The notes under the pieces: model-generated | What the model saw: the letters and a program-made list of their open reading frames with translations, nothing else | Databases searched by the model: none | What the model was told of the DNA's origin: nothing | Translations under genes and position numbers: made by a program | Assembly (NCBI RefSeq): GCF_018977255.1 | Contig: NW_024704742.1 | Location: 20,400,001 to 20,464,000, forward strand | DNA from: Callorhinchus milii | Taxonomy: Eukaryota | Direction: 5' to 3' | DNA: 64,000 bases | Shown: positions 37,722-51,704 of the stretch, piece by piece | Layout: each line of letters begins with the position of its first letter | Numbering within the stretch: position 1 is the first letter of the stretch

Positions 37722-39546
37722 TAGGGGGAAAACGGGAAGGACAGGACATTTTAGTTAATGGGTTAATGATGGATGTTCATCTACAAAATACACACTACAC
37801 TTTACAGTATATTCTGTGACATGCTTCAAGACATCTCGACAACGTGAAAAGGCGCTATCTCACAATCAGTGATTATTTTCAGAAGCAATATTACTGTAGA
37901 GTGATACAGCTTTGAAAGGTACTGATATTTGGTGGGATATTCTGTGATTATGGCTTTGGTCCAGTTCACTATGCTCTGAGGGTTCAGATTCCCAAAGCTC
38001 CATAAAGATACCTGGTGCTGTAGCTAGGCTGCATAGTAATAAAATCAGGGCATGCATGCATTGAAGCGGAGCCTGACTTGTGAATATTCATAAGCAATGA
38101 ATGTAAACAGCACAGCTGCTTGATTGTTCCATCGAGATGTGATGTGTGCACCGGAACTCAAGAAACTTATGTGGAACATGTTAACCCTGTCTTGCAACAA
38201 AAAAAATTCTGTATAAGTAATAATAATAATAATATTATAGTGGGATATTCTGCAATCAATTAAGCACCACTTAAGTCGCAGCTTGTCAAAAGCAGCTAAG
38301 AAATCTCAGCCTCCTTACACTTTGTTTCTATTGTCTATCACAATAGAATCCCATTGTGAGAATCAATAATCAATAAAATTGGACATCTAGTTGTGACTAT
38401 GTATGAAGTTGTTAGGCTGCCAGAGACTCCGTTTACTCATGTTCTCTGTAATGGTGCAGAAATAATTTATTTTCTTGGCCAAGTGAAGGCAAGTGAAAGT
38501 TGTGTCAATTGTTATGTATGTACAGTGTTAAGCGAGTCGGAGAAAGAGAAAATCATAGAGAGCAAGTTAGAAAGTTTCACACAGACAGATAGGCAGGCAG
38601 GCAGTGAAAAATGACAGCAGTGGAAGCTAGCCTCGAAAAGGTTTTGGTTTCCTGCACAATATTAAATAGTCAAGAGTCTGTTTCTATTTCACTGTGCTTC
38701 AGTTGGTTATTGTGATGCCAATGGAAACTCAAATCATTTTGAGGCTAACCCTTTACCTCCGTTTTTCTCGGATTCTGAGAAGATAGCAGTAGTCTATCAA
38801 AAGGGTTTACGACATTAGACAGGATTTTGTTTTTAGTTAATGGAGGCATCTATAGCTACTATACCCACGAATGCTGCTACCCCCATGTTCTCAGGTAGAG
38901 AACTATTCATTACAATCCTCTTCCAGATATTGAGACCATGACTTGACTTGTTCCTGTTGTTGGACTCACGCTAGTCAAGTTGGAGTCAGGACTAATTCGC
39001 TTTCAATGTGCCTTTTCAGGTGCACAATGCTGCAAAAGTTTCCCTTTACAGTTCTTCAGTAATATGCTATGCTGCTACAAAAGGCCCCAAATGGTATTGA
39101 TTTCACAAAATGGTTATGTGGTTGAAAATACACTAATTGAAAAAACAGCAACATAACATGGCTCTGGAAAAAGCGCTTCAGGGCATACAATGCATCTCCT
39201 GCAGGGACAAGCTCCTCTCCAACATTTATGTCACATCGATTCTCAAGAAGCTTAAACACTGAGGTACTTTAACGTATGGAAAGTTTTCCCCGATGAGTAC
39301 TTTTTCATTTATTAATCTTGCTGTGAAAATCAAAGAACAGTCCCTCAGTGGTGGGTGTGAGCCCATTTTCTATTGCACTGGCATCTGACAGTCTAGTCAA
39401 TTATCCTCATGCATAGCTTTGAAAATGTTTTGTGGACCAAAGCTATGTTTTTCAACAATACTGTCATTTTTAAAATAAGTGGTAGCTTTAAAAATGACGA
39501 TCACCTTTTTGCCTCCAGCAACAATCCATTGGAATAGTTTGACTTG

Positions 39547-40015
39547 TGTAAGCCTGGCTCAGTTGTTAGTATGCTTGCCTCTGGGTCAGAAGGTTGTGGG
39601 TTTAAACTACAGCAGGGACTTGAGCTCATGGATCAGATTGATACTCTAGTTTAGTGTTGGGAGAATACTGTTTTGTCAGAGGTGTCATTGACCAGATGAG
39701 ATATTAATCTGTGTTCCTATTAGCCTGTTTATCTGTGTGTTAAAGAAGCCAAAATACTATTTGAAAAGAGAAAGGAAGATTCTCCCAGTTGTACTGTCTT
39801 ACAACAACAAAATTACATTTGTAAAGCACCTTTCACGTCGGGAGGACATCCCAAGGCGCTGAAATCCTCCAGATAAACAAAGATAACTTTGCTTCTGGCT
39901 GTTTGTGATCCACTGCTGAGCAAATTGGCTCTTTATAAAATACACCTTCCACTTAATATTTACGATTGTAAATGGTTTTAGACAATATAGGCGCTATATG
40001 AAAATGCAAAGGTTT
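39547..40015 (+). mobile_element. SINE B containing a minus-strand L2 tail insertion (~39801-39860)
   Basis: AGCCTGGCTCAGTTGTTAG head; insert ACAACAAC..CACGTCGGGAGGACATCCCAAGGCGCTG. Confidence 0.8.
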
Positions 40016-40192
40016 ACTTTAGACAAATTAAGCTCTGATAAACATTTCCAGGGACTTGTTGAATATTCCACCACACAAATTTCAGTTTCATTTCACAAAG
40101 GGTCCACATTTTGACTGAAGAGTGTCATTTTGAAACAGAACTCTGCACCTTGACTTCATGTACTTTAATTTAAATTGAAAAAAAATGGATAT

Positions 40193-40439
40193 GGACACAC
40201 TTATGGGGTAAAGTTCCACCTGCGTCTAGATTTACTCTTTTAAAGTAGCATTTCAGAGCATCAAAATTCTTTAACACAGCCTTTAATTTTGAATCTAGTT
40301 TTCTGTAAGTTTCTTTTAAGACTGCAGAATACGGGCTTCAAAATTAAAATTAATAATTTGCTAGATTCTGCACACCCTGAAATGCTACAATAATGGAGTT
40401 AATGTAGACCCAGGTGGAAATTTCTGCCCCTTGGTGTCC
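40193..40439. repeat. ~250 bp imperfect palindrome (hairpin/MITE-like)
   Basis: GGACAC/GTGTCC, TTCCACCTG/CAGGTGGAA, GTAGCATTTCAG/CTGAAATGCTAC, TTTAATTTTGAA/TTCAAAATTAAA are nested inverted pairs. Confidence 0.85.
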
Positions 40440-40512
40440 TATTATTTTGGGCTGTTAGCAGCCATTTTCACATCAAATGTTGTGCTTTGTGTTGTGGTTT
40501 AATTAGTAACAA

Positions 40513-40870
40513 ATAATAATAATAATAATCCTTGCATTTGATATAGCGCCTTATCAAGTCTTCGAGACGTCTCAAAGCACTTTACAGACTACACTGTGAA
40601 GTGAAAAGTGAATTAGCTGCATATATTGTGGGTGAAACGTGCCAGCGTTCCACAAACAGTTGTGGATTGAGTGACCAATTTATTATTTTTTTTGAAGGGA
40701 TTATTAACCTCGGAAAAGCGATGTGGCAATCAACTAACAACCGGGTTCCTTCTTACTGCTAAGGAAACAGAGGCATGTGGAGTAAGGAAACTTCCCCAAC
40801 ATTTCGCCCTGCCCGGGAATCGAACCCAGGTCATCTTGCTTAGTGGTTAGATCGAGACGAGTGCTCTAAC
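40513..40870 (-). mobile_element. SINE A, long form
   Basis: Collinear with the 2336 copy; head slightly rearranged. Confidence 0.88.
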
Positions 40871-41391
40871 TAAAGCAAAATTGGAATTATCGGAAGGTTT
40901 GCCGAGCACTTTATTTCACTCCACTGTGCAGTAAATCAACCACCCACTTAGTGTCTGGAAATTATGAGAATGCGCCTGAGATTCACATCACATCTCAAGA
41001 TAGAATTCTGGCTTTGTCCTGTGAGAAGGGAAACCTTGTCAGTCGGCCTGTGAGCATTGTAAATTAGTTTTACAAAACAGAAATATAATTGCAGAAAAGT
41101 CATCTCTGATGCCTTGAAGATGGAATAATAGCATGTATGGCCTAAATTTCCTTGGTAATTGCTATGCACCAAATAATTTGAAGAAACAAATGCGTAAAAT
41201 CATCCACTGTTCCAATAAATATGTGGCACTCCTTGACTAGATAATATAATCATCAACACATTAAAATGCATGTAAAAATTATAACAGCATTTTTTTAATT
41301 CATCCAGAAATAATAATAATTCTGTGATCCTTGCATTTGATATAGCATGTTATTATATCACCAACACTGCTCAAAGCATTTCACATGGTTT

Positions 41392-42108
41392 ACAACAACA
41401 ACAAAGTTACTTTTGTAATGCGCCTTTCACGTCGGGAGGACGTTCCAAGGTGCTGGACAGACAGAGTTGCGGACCCGAGCTGGGAGTCGGGGCTGGCGAG
41501 GGTGGAGGGCAGGGGGGGAAGCAGGGAGATCGAAAGCACGGTCGAAGAGGAGGGTCTTGAGATGGATTTTGAAGGAGGTAAGGGAGGGGCGAGGCAGAGG
41601 GACTGCGGGATGGAGTTCCAGGGGGTAGGGGCAGAGTGGCAGATAGTGGGGGGTGCGAGGCAGGGGATGTGAAGCAGCCTGGAGCCCGCTGAGCGGAGAG
41701 AGCGAGCAGGATGGGAGGGGGTTAGGAGATCGCAGAGGTAGAGGGGAGCAAGACCATGGAGGGCGTTGAAGGTGAGGACCAGGATCTTGAACTGTATCCT
41801 CTGTGTGATTGGAAGCCAGTGGAGTCGGATGAGGATGATAGGGTCGCGGAGCCTGGTGCGGGAGAGGACACCGGCTGCAGAGTTCTGGATGATCTGCAGC
41901 CTATGTAGGGAGGAGTTGGGGAGGCCGACAAGCAGGGAGTTTGCATAGTCAAGCCTCAATGTAATGAAAGCATGTATGAGGGTTTCAGCGGGCTGCGGAG
42001 TGAGACAGTGGCGGAGCCGGGCGATGTTGTTGGGGGGGGGAGAGAGGCAGAGCAGGTCATGGCACAGATGTGGGGTAGAAAGGATAAGTTGAGTGTCAAA
42101 CAAGACAC
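41392..42108 (-). mobile_element. 5'-truncated L2 nested in a SINE B (flanks 41308-41391 and 42109-42300)
   Basis: NIARLRHCL, IHAFITLRLDYANSLL, LHWLPITQRIQFKIL; the SINE B tail before and its continuation after are collinear. Confidence 0.92.
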
Positions 42109-42617
42109 TTTCCTGCAAAGTGAGGTGACTGTGCAGTAATTTTGTAGGTGAACACAGCAGATACTTTGTGCACAGCAATGACCCGCAAACAAACAATTTT
42201 ATCAGGGGGCTTGAGATCTTCAATATTTATTTCAACAGGCAGATGGGACTTTGGTTTAATGTCTCATTTGAAGGACTGTACCTCTGACCATGCCATGCAC
42301 CTCCAGCAGGACATTACTGTTCGTAAATTGGCTGCTGGGCTGCTGCGTTCGCCCACGAAATACACACTTTATGATTCACACTTAAATCCTAGTAAATCCT
42401 GTGAAATGCTATGAGATGTCCTTCCAACTGACATGTGCTACATCAATGCAAGGATTATTATTAGCTAATTTTACCAGTATACACAGAGAGCATTAGGAGT
42501 TTTATTTAAAACGTTGCGTTCATTTAAACGCGACTAACTGCTAATAATTGTGACCAACGGCTGCCATTCACTGCCACTATCCGAGCCACATCTGAAACCA
42601 GTACAACAAAATTTGTA

Positions 42618-42729
42618 AAGCTATGGGGTAAGAGCGGGGGAGTGGGACTAGTTGGTAGCTCTTTCAAAGCGCTGGCACTATCACGATGGGCCGAATAGCC
42701 TCCTTCTATGCTGTAAAATTCTATGATTC
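42618..42729 (+). mobile_element. CR1-type 3' tail
   Basis: GCTATGGGG..GATGGGCCGAATAGCCTCCTTCTATGCTGTAAAATTCTATGATTCT. Confidence 0.8.
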
Positions 42730-44654
42730 TCTGACAGCACAACACAAAAAAAAATAACACAAAGCACACCCTGTATATGCCTTTCTGACACTCAATAATA
42801 TATAATTGTTTGATTGCCAAGTTCCCACATTGTATATATTTGGGACTGAAGGGGGAAAGTTCAAGGGAATACTGTACAGTTCCAAGGTAAACTCAATCAA
42901 TCCTTAATGAAAAAAGGCACATTAATATATGACATGCTTATCAAAATCATTTTTAAGACAAAGGCAATTTAAAGTACGATATCTGCAATCTTTGTGTTAG
43001 TTAGTATAAGGTATCAAATTGCAATTAATAAGTTGACGCTAATTGTCACAAGTGTTAAAAGTTCTGCTCCCAAGGCCTCTGCTCCCACCCAGCCTGCTTC
43101 TCCATCTAATCTTGGCTTCCTGGTTAAATAATACAGGAAACTGACTTCATGCAGTCTGATTTGTACTTGATTTTGGGTCCAAATTTGAATTCTAAATCTG
43201 AATCCCACACATTCTCCAATTGTGCCAATGGTGTGCAGTATGTCTGGGGGATAGGGAGGGGGATTGATGTGTCAATAATAAAAGGAGTCTGCTTCTGATG
43301 CCAATCAGTAGATTTCACACAGGATATCAAGGATATCACTATGATGAGGCCAATACTGAGGTATTCTTCTCACACCTCCACACAGACAGTAATCTGTCAT
43401 AGAAATACTGTAAAACAATTGAGTGAAAGAAACTGCTACAGAATCTCCACTGATCAGGCAACCAACAGTCAGCAAGTCACACATGGCAAAATCAGCTGGT
43501 TATGGAATAAACAATTCCTTATTTTGTGGATCAAAAATTGCTTTAAATGTACAATTGGAGTATTCCTCACTTATGAGTATTTCAAGCAACGGATTGCATG
43601 GATACAGTGCAGCCCGTTATAATGCACTAGTTTCATAGTATATTTTATGGGATTGATGTATCTCCATATAACAGGGTTAAAAGGTCTACAATTAATGCTC
43701 GCTTTCCTTCAACTTCCCAAATTACGTTCAGCATTTTGTTTACGGAAATAATATGTTGTGCATATGTCAAGACTGTATTTCTCGATAAATGTCCTGCATT
43801 CCAAGTAAACAAAGGAAATCTGCTGTTATTAATGCCAAAGGCCAATATGTTCAAGAGCAATTCTAGCCAAGCAGTATCTAACTTCCTTTCAGGATGATTC
43901 ACTATTGTAACTAACAGCAGGTATTATGAGCAACTAACTCTTGTCTAAGTTGCATTACTGTTGCCCACAATAATATAAATTTCAACCGATCCTTCACACT
44001 AGAATTGCAACGATCATATCCTGCAAATTCTACTTTTTGATGATATTAGGCACAGTAAGATACAACTGATGCTCACATTGTTATGCATTAATAGTCAGGT
44101 TAGTCACATGCATAACTTATACAACATTAAATCCATTTCCATCACATTCACATCAACTGTAAGATTAATGGAACAGTTCCACTAATATTTCAAAGGTTGA
44201 GAAAGCTGGCAGCTACTTGCTTTGATCGAGCAACATCCAATTCCTGGCATGGATAATAAAGCAGTGTAGATTGATCCTAAATCAACATAACTTGTAACAG
44301 ATAGAAACAGATAAAGAGATTTTTTGGGGGGTTGGGGCCTGGCTGTGTGTCTGACACACATAGAAATCAAGGTGAGCAGATTGGTGCTCTTGAACTTGAT
44401 TCCATTTTTACAACATTCCTTGTATTCAGTATGGGAAAGGCAGGTATTGCCTTTCCCCATACCAAATGGGTTGCTCTGCACAGCACAGCGGACTAAATGG
44501 CCTTCCTTATGGCTGGTAAAGTTCCACAGTTACCAATTTTGTCCCACAGCATCAAACATTTGACTGTGCAATGTGTTGGAAAACATCTGCCAAGCTATTT
44601 CAATGGAGAGGACAGTTGGAGGGACAGAAAATGCTCTTGCATATTGTCTAGAGG

Positions 44655-45164
44655 CTAGAATACTGCCTGAAGGGGTGGTGGAAGCCAATTCAATAACAAC
44701 TTTTAAGAGAGAAGATAAGTAGATAGAGAAGGTTAGAGAACTCGCCTCGCAAGCGAAAAACCTATGTTCGATTCCCGACAGGGCAAAACCTTGGGCAAGT
44801 TTCCTTACTCCACATACCTGATAATAATCCCTCAAAGAAAAAAAACAAGTAATAAATTGGTCCATGACTGTTTGTGGACACTGCTGTGTGTAATTGGCTG
44901 CTTCGTTTCACCCACAAATACACAGTCAATTCACTTTACAGTATAAATCTATGAAGCGCTTTGAGAAGCCGAGAAGATGCAGAAAGTGCTATATCAAATG
45001 CAAGGATTATTATTTTTAATATAATTATTTGGGGAGGACAAGTTGGCAGGGCTATGGGGGCGGGGGAGTGGGATTGATTTGGATAGCTCTTTTCAAAGAG
45101 CTAGCACAGCATAGACACGATGGGCCGAATGGCCTCCTTCTGTGCTGTATAATTCTATGATTCT
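44655..45164 (+). mobile_element. CR1 3' end interrupted by SINE A short form (44732-45013)
   Basis: CTGCCTGAAGGGGTGGTGGAAGC..TTTAAGAGAG before the SINE; GGGCTATGGGG..GGGCCGAATGGCCTCCTTCTGTGCTG..TTCTATGATTCTA after it. Confidence 0.82.
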
Positions 45165-46297
45165 AATAGAAGTCTTGTGTCCCAAGAGAGGAGAGATATA
45201 CACAACAGAAAGGAAACAGGAAATTGAGGTAATTTATTCTCAAATTAAAAAATAACTTTTTTTTTAAAAGATCCTACTTTGGGAAACATTTTTGGCAGTC
45301 CTTTCTTTGCAAATGTTTCCTGTTTGTAGTCTTTCCATGCTGTCTGGTTGACGTCCATTCAACACCGTAATAAAATGGATGCAAGTTGGTGCCACTTGAT
45401 GGAAACAGATGTCCCAAGTCCCTGATCCTCTAGGGCGCAGTCAAGTGTGAAATTTCAGCTTTGTCAATTATCACTCAGAAGAGCACAGAACTTTTCCCTT
45501 GCCACTTTTTTTGCCAAAAGTGTTAAAAATATTGCAAACTCACATCATAACGGCAACTGTGCTTTGATAGCACTGTGACAAATCAAGTGTTCTGTGATTT
45601 TAGTCCCAAGCTGTTTTGCATCAGCAAATTGCAGAATGGTACCAAATTCAATGTTAAGTACACAGCAAATACAAGGCATCTGGAACTTGGGGGAGTCTGT
45701 GGCACTGTGACAATACAGCAAATGCAGAAGAGGTAACAACTGATGTGGGCTCTGGCAAGCAACGCATTGATGTATGAAGCAAGGGGTGGAGGACTGAATA
45801 AGATAAATGCACAGGCAACACCAAATTTCACACCACAGCAACATAGCAATTTAAGTCTTAAAACAAGCAGCATGCCGACAACATCGAAGTATGTCAGCAG
45901 CACAATAAAATGATAATGCCAATGCATTGAAGGCCAAGTAAGTAATTAACGCCGCTGGTATGCTGAGTGGTACTTTTATGAACTTGAATGCAAAGCTGCA
46001 CCAATTTGGTGAATCAAGGTCTTTGCAGCTGAGAGACAAAGAACAGAAACTTTGGATCAATCTTTTCGCCCGCAAAAAAAAGTAAAGGCAGCAGCAGTTA
46101 TTGCCCCAAGAGCATGGGGAAGAAAAGCACTTAATCATTGACTTGTTTAGGTAATTCACATAATAGTACATTTAGTAATAGCATTATTATTCTGTAACAA
46201 TTCTCTGAAGGTCAGTGAATTGCAGGACCTTGGTAGCCAAGTGCATCTTACTCTCCATTGGTCATTTCGTAAACTGGCCCTGGAGGCTTAGGCCCAG

Positions 46298-46621
46298 TAA
46301 TAATATAATAATAATAATCCTTGCATTTGATATAGCGCTTTTCACGTCAGGAGGACGTCCCAAAGCGCTTCACAGAACACACTGTAAAGTGAATTGACTG
46401 TATATTTGTGGGGGAACGTGGCAGCCAATTGCGCGCAGCAGTGTCCCACAAACAGTCGTAGATTGAAAGTGACCAATTTATTATTGTTTTTGGTTTTGGA
46501 GGGATTATTATTAGGCGTGTGGAGTAAGGAAACTTGCCCAAGGTTTCGCCCTCTGCCTGGAATTGAACTCAGGTCTCTCGCTTGCAAAGCGAGTGCTCTA
46601 ACCACTGAGCTACAGGACTCC
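46298..46621 (-). mobile_element. SINE A, short form, young subfamily
   Basis: Near-identical to the 29200 and 47749 copies. Confidence 0.92.
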
Positions 46622-47747
46622 ACTTTAACTAGTGTTAAATCAAAGAACAGCCCTTATGATCACAACAGATTGTATTCTTCTAAAATATAAGCAAATGGGT
46701 GTCAATAGGAAGAGATTGCATGGTCCAGATGTTTGGTAAATAGTCACAAAACCCAGTGAGCACTGAGCATCCAGGCATCATTAACTGGAGTCAAACGAGG
46801 GAAATAGAGGACCAGATTCAAACCCACTTGTAAAAGACACATAACCTCCCTGCAATGTCCAGCCTCCGAACACAGTTGATATTAAAACAAAATTCTCTGA
46901 ATTTCTCTGAATTTGATGGATTGAGATTAATGGTCTCTCAAGGATGCCAGTGTGTATATCTATATCTAATAATAATTGACATAGCACCTATCACAATGGC
47001 ATATCTAAGTGCTTTACAATAATTACTGTTAAACATATTTTATAGATGAACATGACAACTAATCTACACACAGCCCACAAACAATCATAAAATAATGAAA
47101 CAATTTCGCTGAGGGATTGTTGACCAGGACACCAGGAAAAAAAAACCTTTATTCAAATAGTGTCATTGGATCTTTAATGACCTCTAAGAAAACAACAACC
47201 AGCAAAAAACGAGTTAGGGCCAAGCACCAGTGAGAGAGTTTGATGTACATAGGGTTCCCTGGAGGCTCACTTCAAGTCCTCAGATGATTTTCCTGGGTCA
47301 AGCTGCCGCTAATACTGTCGTTTTCCTGACAAACACTTCAACACCTCAAACACGTGTCAAAAGGCAGGAGGTATCAAAGATCAAAGCAAACCAAAGTTAC
47401 AAAGTGGGAAAAATGAAATCCAACAGATGACTGTTCTGGCAGAGTCCAGGAGAGCAATCAGGCCCATTGGTTTACATGTTTCATGACAGATATAGTTATC
47501 TAAGCAATTGAGACAGGGCGGACTGCAAAATAGGCTGGTAAAGTGAACAGAATGCAGAATATATTGGAGCACCAAATCTCATAAAGAAAAGCATGCTTGT
47601 TTCTAAAAAGCTCTCAACTAGTTTGATTGTTTATTGAAAGAGAGGTACTTTTATTTGAAATGCCTTTTTTAAAAGCTTTGTGTACGGTTTTGTTCCTTAA
47701 TGTAAGAGTAGCATATTATTTCACCAATTTTTATTACTTCACCTGAC

Positions 47748-47748
<1 letters not shown>

Positions 47749-47778
<30 letters not shown>

Positions 47779-48079
47779 CCTTGCATTTGATATAGCGCTT
47801 TTCACGTCGGGAGGACGTCCCAAAGCGCTTCACAGAACACACTGTAAAGTGAATTGACTGTATATTTGTGGGCGAACGCGGCAGCCAATTGCGCACAGCA
47901 ATGTCCCACAAACAGTCATGGATTGAAAATGACCAATTTATTATTGTTTTTGGTTTTTGGAGGGATTATTATTAGGCGTGTGGAGTAAGGAAACTTGCCC
48001 AAGGTTTCGCCCTGCCTGGAATTGAACTCAGGTCTCTAGCTTGCAAAGCGAGTGCTCAACCACTGAGCTACAGGACTCC
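47749..48079 (-). mobile_element. SINE A, short form, young subfamily, long (AAT)n tail
   Basis: About ten AAT repeats, then CCTTGCATTTG..CACGTCGGGAGGACGTCCC..CTACAGGACTCC; ACGA on both flanks. Confidence 0.92.
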
Positions 48080-49289
48080 ACGATGAATAAGATGAATAGT
48101 CATCTTATGAAGAAAACAGCATAAACACAAAGAGAACGGGAACATAAGAAGCTGTCAATAAATGTCCTTTAAGAGAGGCTGTTATCTAAAAACCTGATTT
48201 TAATCCAGCCCTGGTTGATGAGGTGAACATCCCCACTGGCTGATGGTTTTAAGAGTACTTTCTGACTCCTATACTCAGTCTCGATCCAATGCCCAGTAGA
48301 TAGGTCTCAATCCAGCACAAAATAAACCCACAAAATAGTACTTTTGCACAAACTTGCAACCTTATTCGGAGAGTATGGGAAGCAAAAAATCTCCAACTAG
48401 TACAGTAAGTGGTGCTTTTCTGACATTGGGGCTGAGGTACATTTTAGGGCAGAAAGCTTTGCATGGTATCTGACTATTCACTTTATAGCTGTTTGTGGGA
48501 CACTGATGTGTGCAAATTAGCTGCCTCGCCTACAAAACACACAGTCACCACACTTTACAGTGCATCCTGTGAAGCTCTTTGGGATGTCCTCCTGACACGA
48601 AAGGCACTAGACCAAATGTAAGGCTTATTTATTTATTTTTCCTATGGCTAATATTGGAATGTTTGATGTTTAACACTCAACGCTTGAAATGTGAAAGTAT
48701 TTTGTTTCCATGTTGAAAGTGTACCAACATATCTAACATCCCTCAGTGTCATGAGCACAAAATAAACATTTTGTACATTTTTGGCAAGTCTGAGACTTTT
48801 CTTTATTACTATTCCAGACTTTGCTGGCAAATAAACAAAAATAGCCTCAAATCCATGTCTTACAAATTAATCTAGGGAATTGATTTGAATAAAACCATAA
48901 AGGATCATTCCCAAAGTACAGCAGGAAGTTGCTCAAATCTTTGGGGGACTTCTCTCATCTTTATGAACTGTGCTGTCTGGAAAAATCAGCAAGTGTCTCA
49001 AAACAGTGAACTGACAGGTTACTGCTTTGGGCAATGAAAAATTCCGTGAAATAGATGAGCGGAGAGGAAAGAGACCAAACTGCAGTTCTGACACCTGACA
49101 CAAAGTATAATTGTACATAAAAGGAGGCATTAGCAATCAAGAACATACAACAGCTTCTAAAGCCATATATAACATATCTTGATTAATATCAGCTCACTTC
49201 TCTACCTCCAGCAAAAAATTGCTTCAATGGAAGAGCAAACATTAATACTAATACAGCAAGACCAATAGCCCTGTTGCGCCATAGATGAC

Positions 49290-50500
49290 TACAGTTCTAT
49301 GTATTGCTTGATTTTGGTATGCAACTGTGTCAGCCATTATATGCACAGCAAGGTACCACAAAGTAAATCAATTTTATCTGAAAGGTTGGCCAGAAAACCA
49401 GGAGCAACTCGCTTCACTTTTTGAATAGCATTACAGGATCTTTAACATCTGAGGACAAACAGAATTGGCATTGCTTTAATGTCTCATCCAAATGATACCT
49501 CCCAACAATGCAGCATTTCTGTAGTACTGCTCTGGAGTGTCAAACAAGACTGAGTTTATCCCCGGAACCGCAATCTTCAGAAGAGAAGTATTCAGGTACT
49601 CCCTGAACTCCAAAGTTTATCAAATATATGCTACAGAATATCACCTGTTCCCAGCATTTGAACCTAGTATGTTTTATTTTTGTGTTGCAATATGCATAAA
49701 CTCTTGGATTTTATCTACGTTTTGAATCCATGTGCCATCCCAGCATCCATCTGCTTGATTGGCTTAGGTCTTCCTGACTGTTAGATGATAAGAACTGCCC
49801 TTTCCCAAGAGGATTATGGACACCACATCCGGGCAAAGCATTTTTCCATTTATAATAATTTATAATAATAATTATTTGGTATAGTGTCTTATTGCATCAC
49901 TGAAACATTACAAAGTGCTTCATAGTGGTTCTGTATTTGTGGGCAAGTGTGCAGCCAATAGGAGGTACTATTGGAAAAGAGAAGCGAGTATTAATAACAA
50001 AATAATCCTGACATTTGGTAAAGTGCCTTTCATATAGGGAAGATGTCCCATGGTGCTTCACAGGATTTATTGTGACTGTGTATTATTATGTGAATAGCCA
50101 GCCCGATTGCACCCAATTAACAGCAATATTCCACAAACATTGGGATTGTTGGCCAGGAAATCGGGGGAAACTCCCTTCTCTTTTCGAATAATACCATGGA
50201 TTTCTCACCCATAAAATATACAATTAATTCACTTTAAAGCCTATTGTGTGAAACGCGTTGAGACATCTCAAAGACATGATAAAGCACTATTATTATTATT
50301 ATGGGAACTTTAACCAGCCCGAACAGGCAGATGGAACCTCAGTTTACTATCTCCTCTGAAGGATGGCACCTCCAACAATGCAGCACACTCCCAATACTGC
50401 ATTGCCAGCCTAGACCACGAGCTCGAAGTCCCAATATGGGACATGAACCAAAAACATTCTGACTCAGACACAAAAGTGCTGCCAACTGAGCCAGGTTGAC
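49290..50500. mobile_element. Cluster of degraded or nested SINE B pieces (mostly minus; plus-strand 3' fragment ~50205-50300)
   Basis: Recurrent GTTGGCCAG..AACTC, GATGGCACCTCC..CAATGCAGCA, and head CCAACTGAGCCAGGTTGAC. Confidence 0.65.
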
Positions 50501-51029
50501 TTATCACCATCTTTTTCTTCTGCTTAAATCAGTTATCAATCCAAATAACTTATTAACCATTAATTACATGAACTTGAACCTTCTTTAAAATATTCAAATG
50601 TATATTATCTAATTACACCTATTTATCTCACCTAATTTAATTTTACTCTCCTGCTCTCTACTCGTTCGCTTTAACATTTCTTTCTTTTTCAAGCATTCAT
50701 CCAATTCCCATTTTAAATGATTCATGTACTCTGCTTGAATGATGGTTTGTGCCAAAACAATAATCCATCAATTCTCCCACTCAATTTGCTTTCTGACCAT
50801 CTCTTTCTTCTTTGCCTGCCAACATCCATACAAAGCCAGAAGCTGATCAAGTAACAATTCATGCATTGGAGAAGGGTGACCCTGACTCCAGGAACTGATC
50901 TACTGAATGTCCTATTCTTTTTGATTGTGGTCACATAACTTTAATCAGTGGGTGTGCTTGACTGTCTATCATGGTTTATGATGGTTTATGAAATCAAGTT
51001 CCACAACTGCTTGTGTCTCAGAATAATTT

Positions 51030-51430
51030 GCCTTACACAGGGTAAATTCTTACTAGTGACTGTATTTGGTAGGTGAACATAGTGTACATAATTACTCTGA
51101 GAGGCAGTGGGGACTCAATGGGTGAATGACGTGAATGTCTTCTTTCTGCGCTGTGGATTTGTATGTTTCTAGCTTTCTAATGTTCCACAAGCAGCCATGT
51201 GAATCACTCTTAGGGACTGTTGGCCAGGACTTAGAGGAGAAACTCTCTTCCCTTTTTTGAATAGTGTCCTGGAATTTTTCATACCTACCTGAATAGGCAG
51301 ATGGGACCTCAGTATAACATTTCAATCAAAGGACAGCACCTCCAACACTCTGACATCCCTAACATTATATTGGATTGTTAGCCTCGATTACATGCATTCG
51401 ATGTGAGGCTTGAACCCAGGCTGATACAGA
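51030..51430 (-). mobile_element. Fragmented SINE B
   Basis: TGTTGGCCAGGAC..GAGAAACTC..GGCAGATGGGACCTCAG. Confidence 0.6.
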
Positions 51431-51704
51431 GGTAAGGTACAGAGAGATATGCAAATGAAATAAAGTAGAAGAAGATATACTTTTTGCTGTTGTTCTATTT
51501 TTACAATATATACTTTTTTTAGAAATAACATTGCTGAAAGCTATTCTGTTCAACTTATAAATGAAAATGTATATCTATTTTGATGAGTGCATTATAATCT
51601 TGTGTTAAAGCACTAAAAGATTACAATCTAATTGCATTTCAATTTTTATATTAATTAAAAGAGGGGATTATAAATCATTTTATTATTTCAAATGATACAC
51701 ATTT

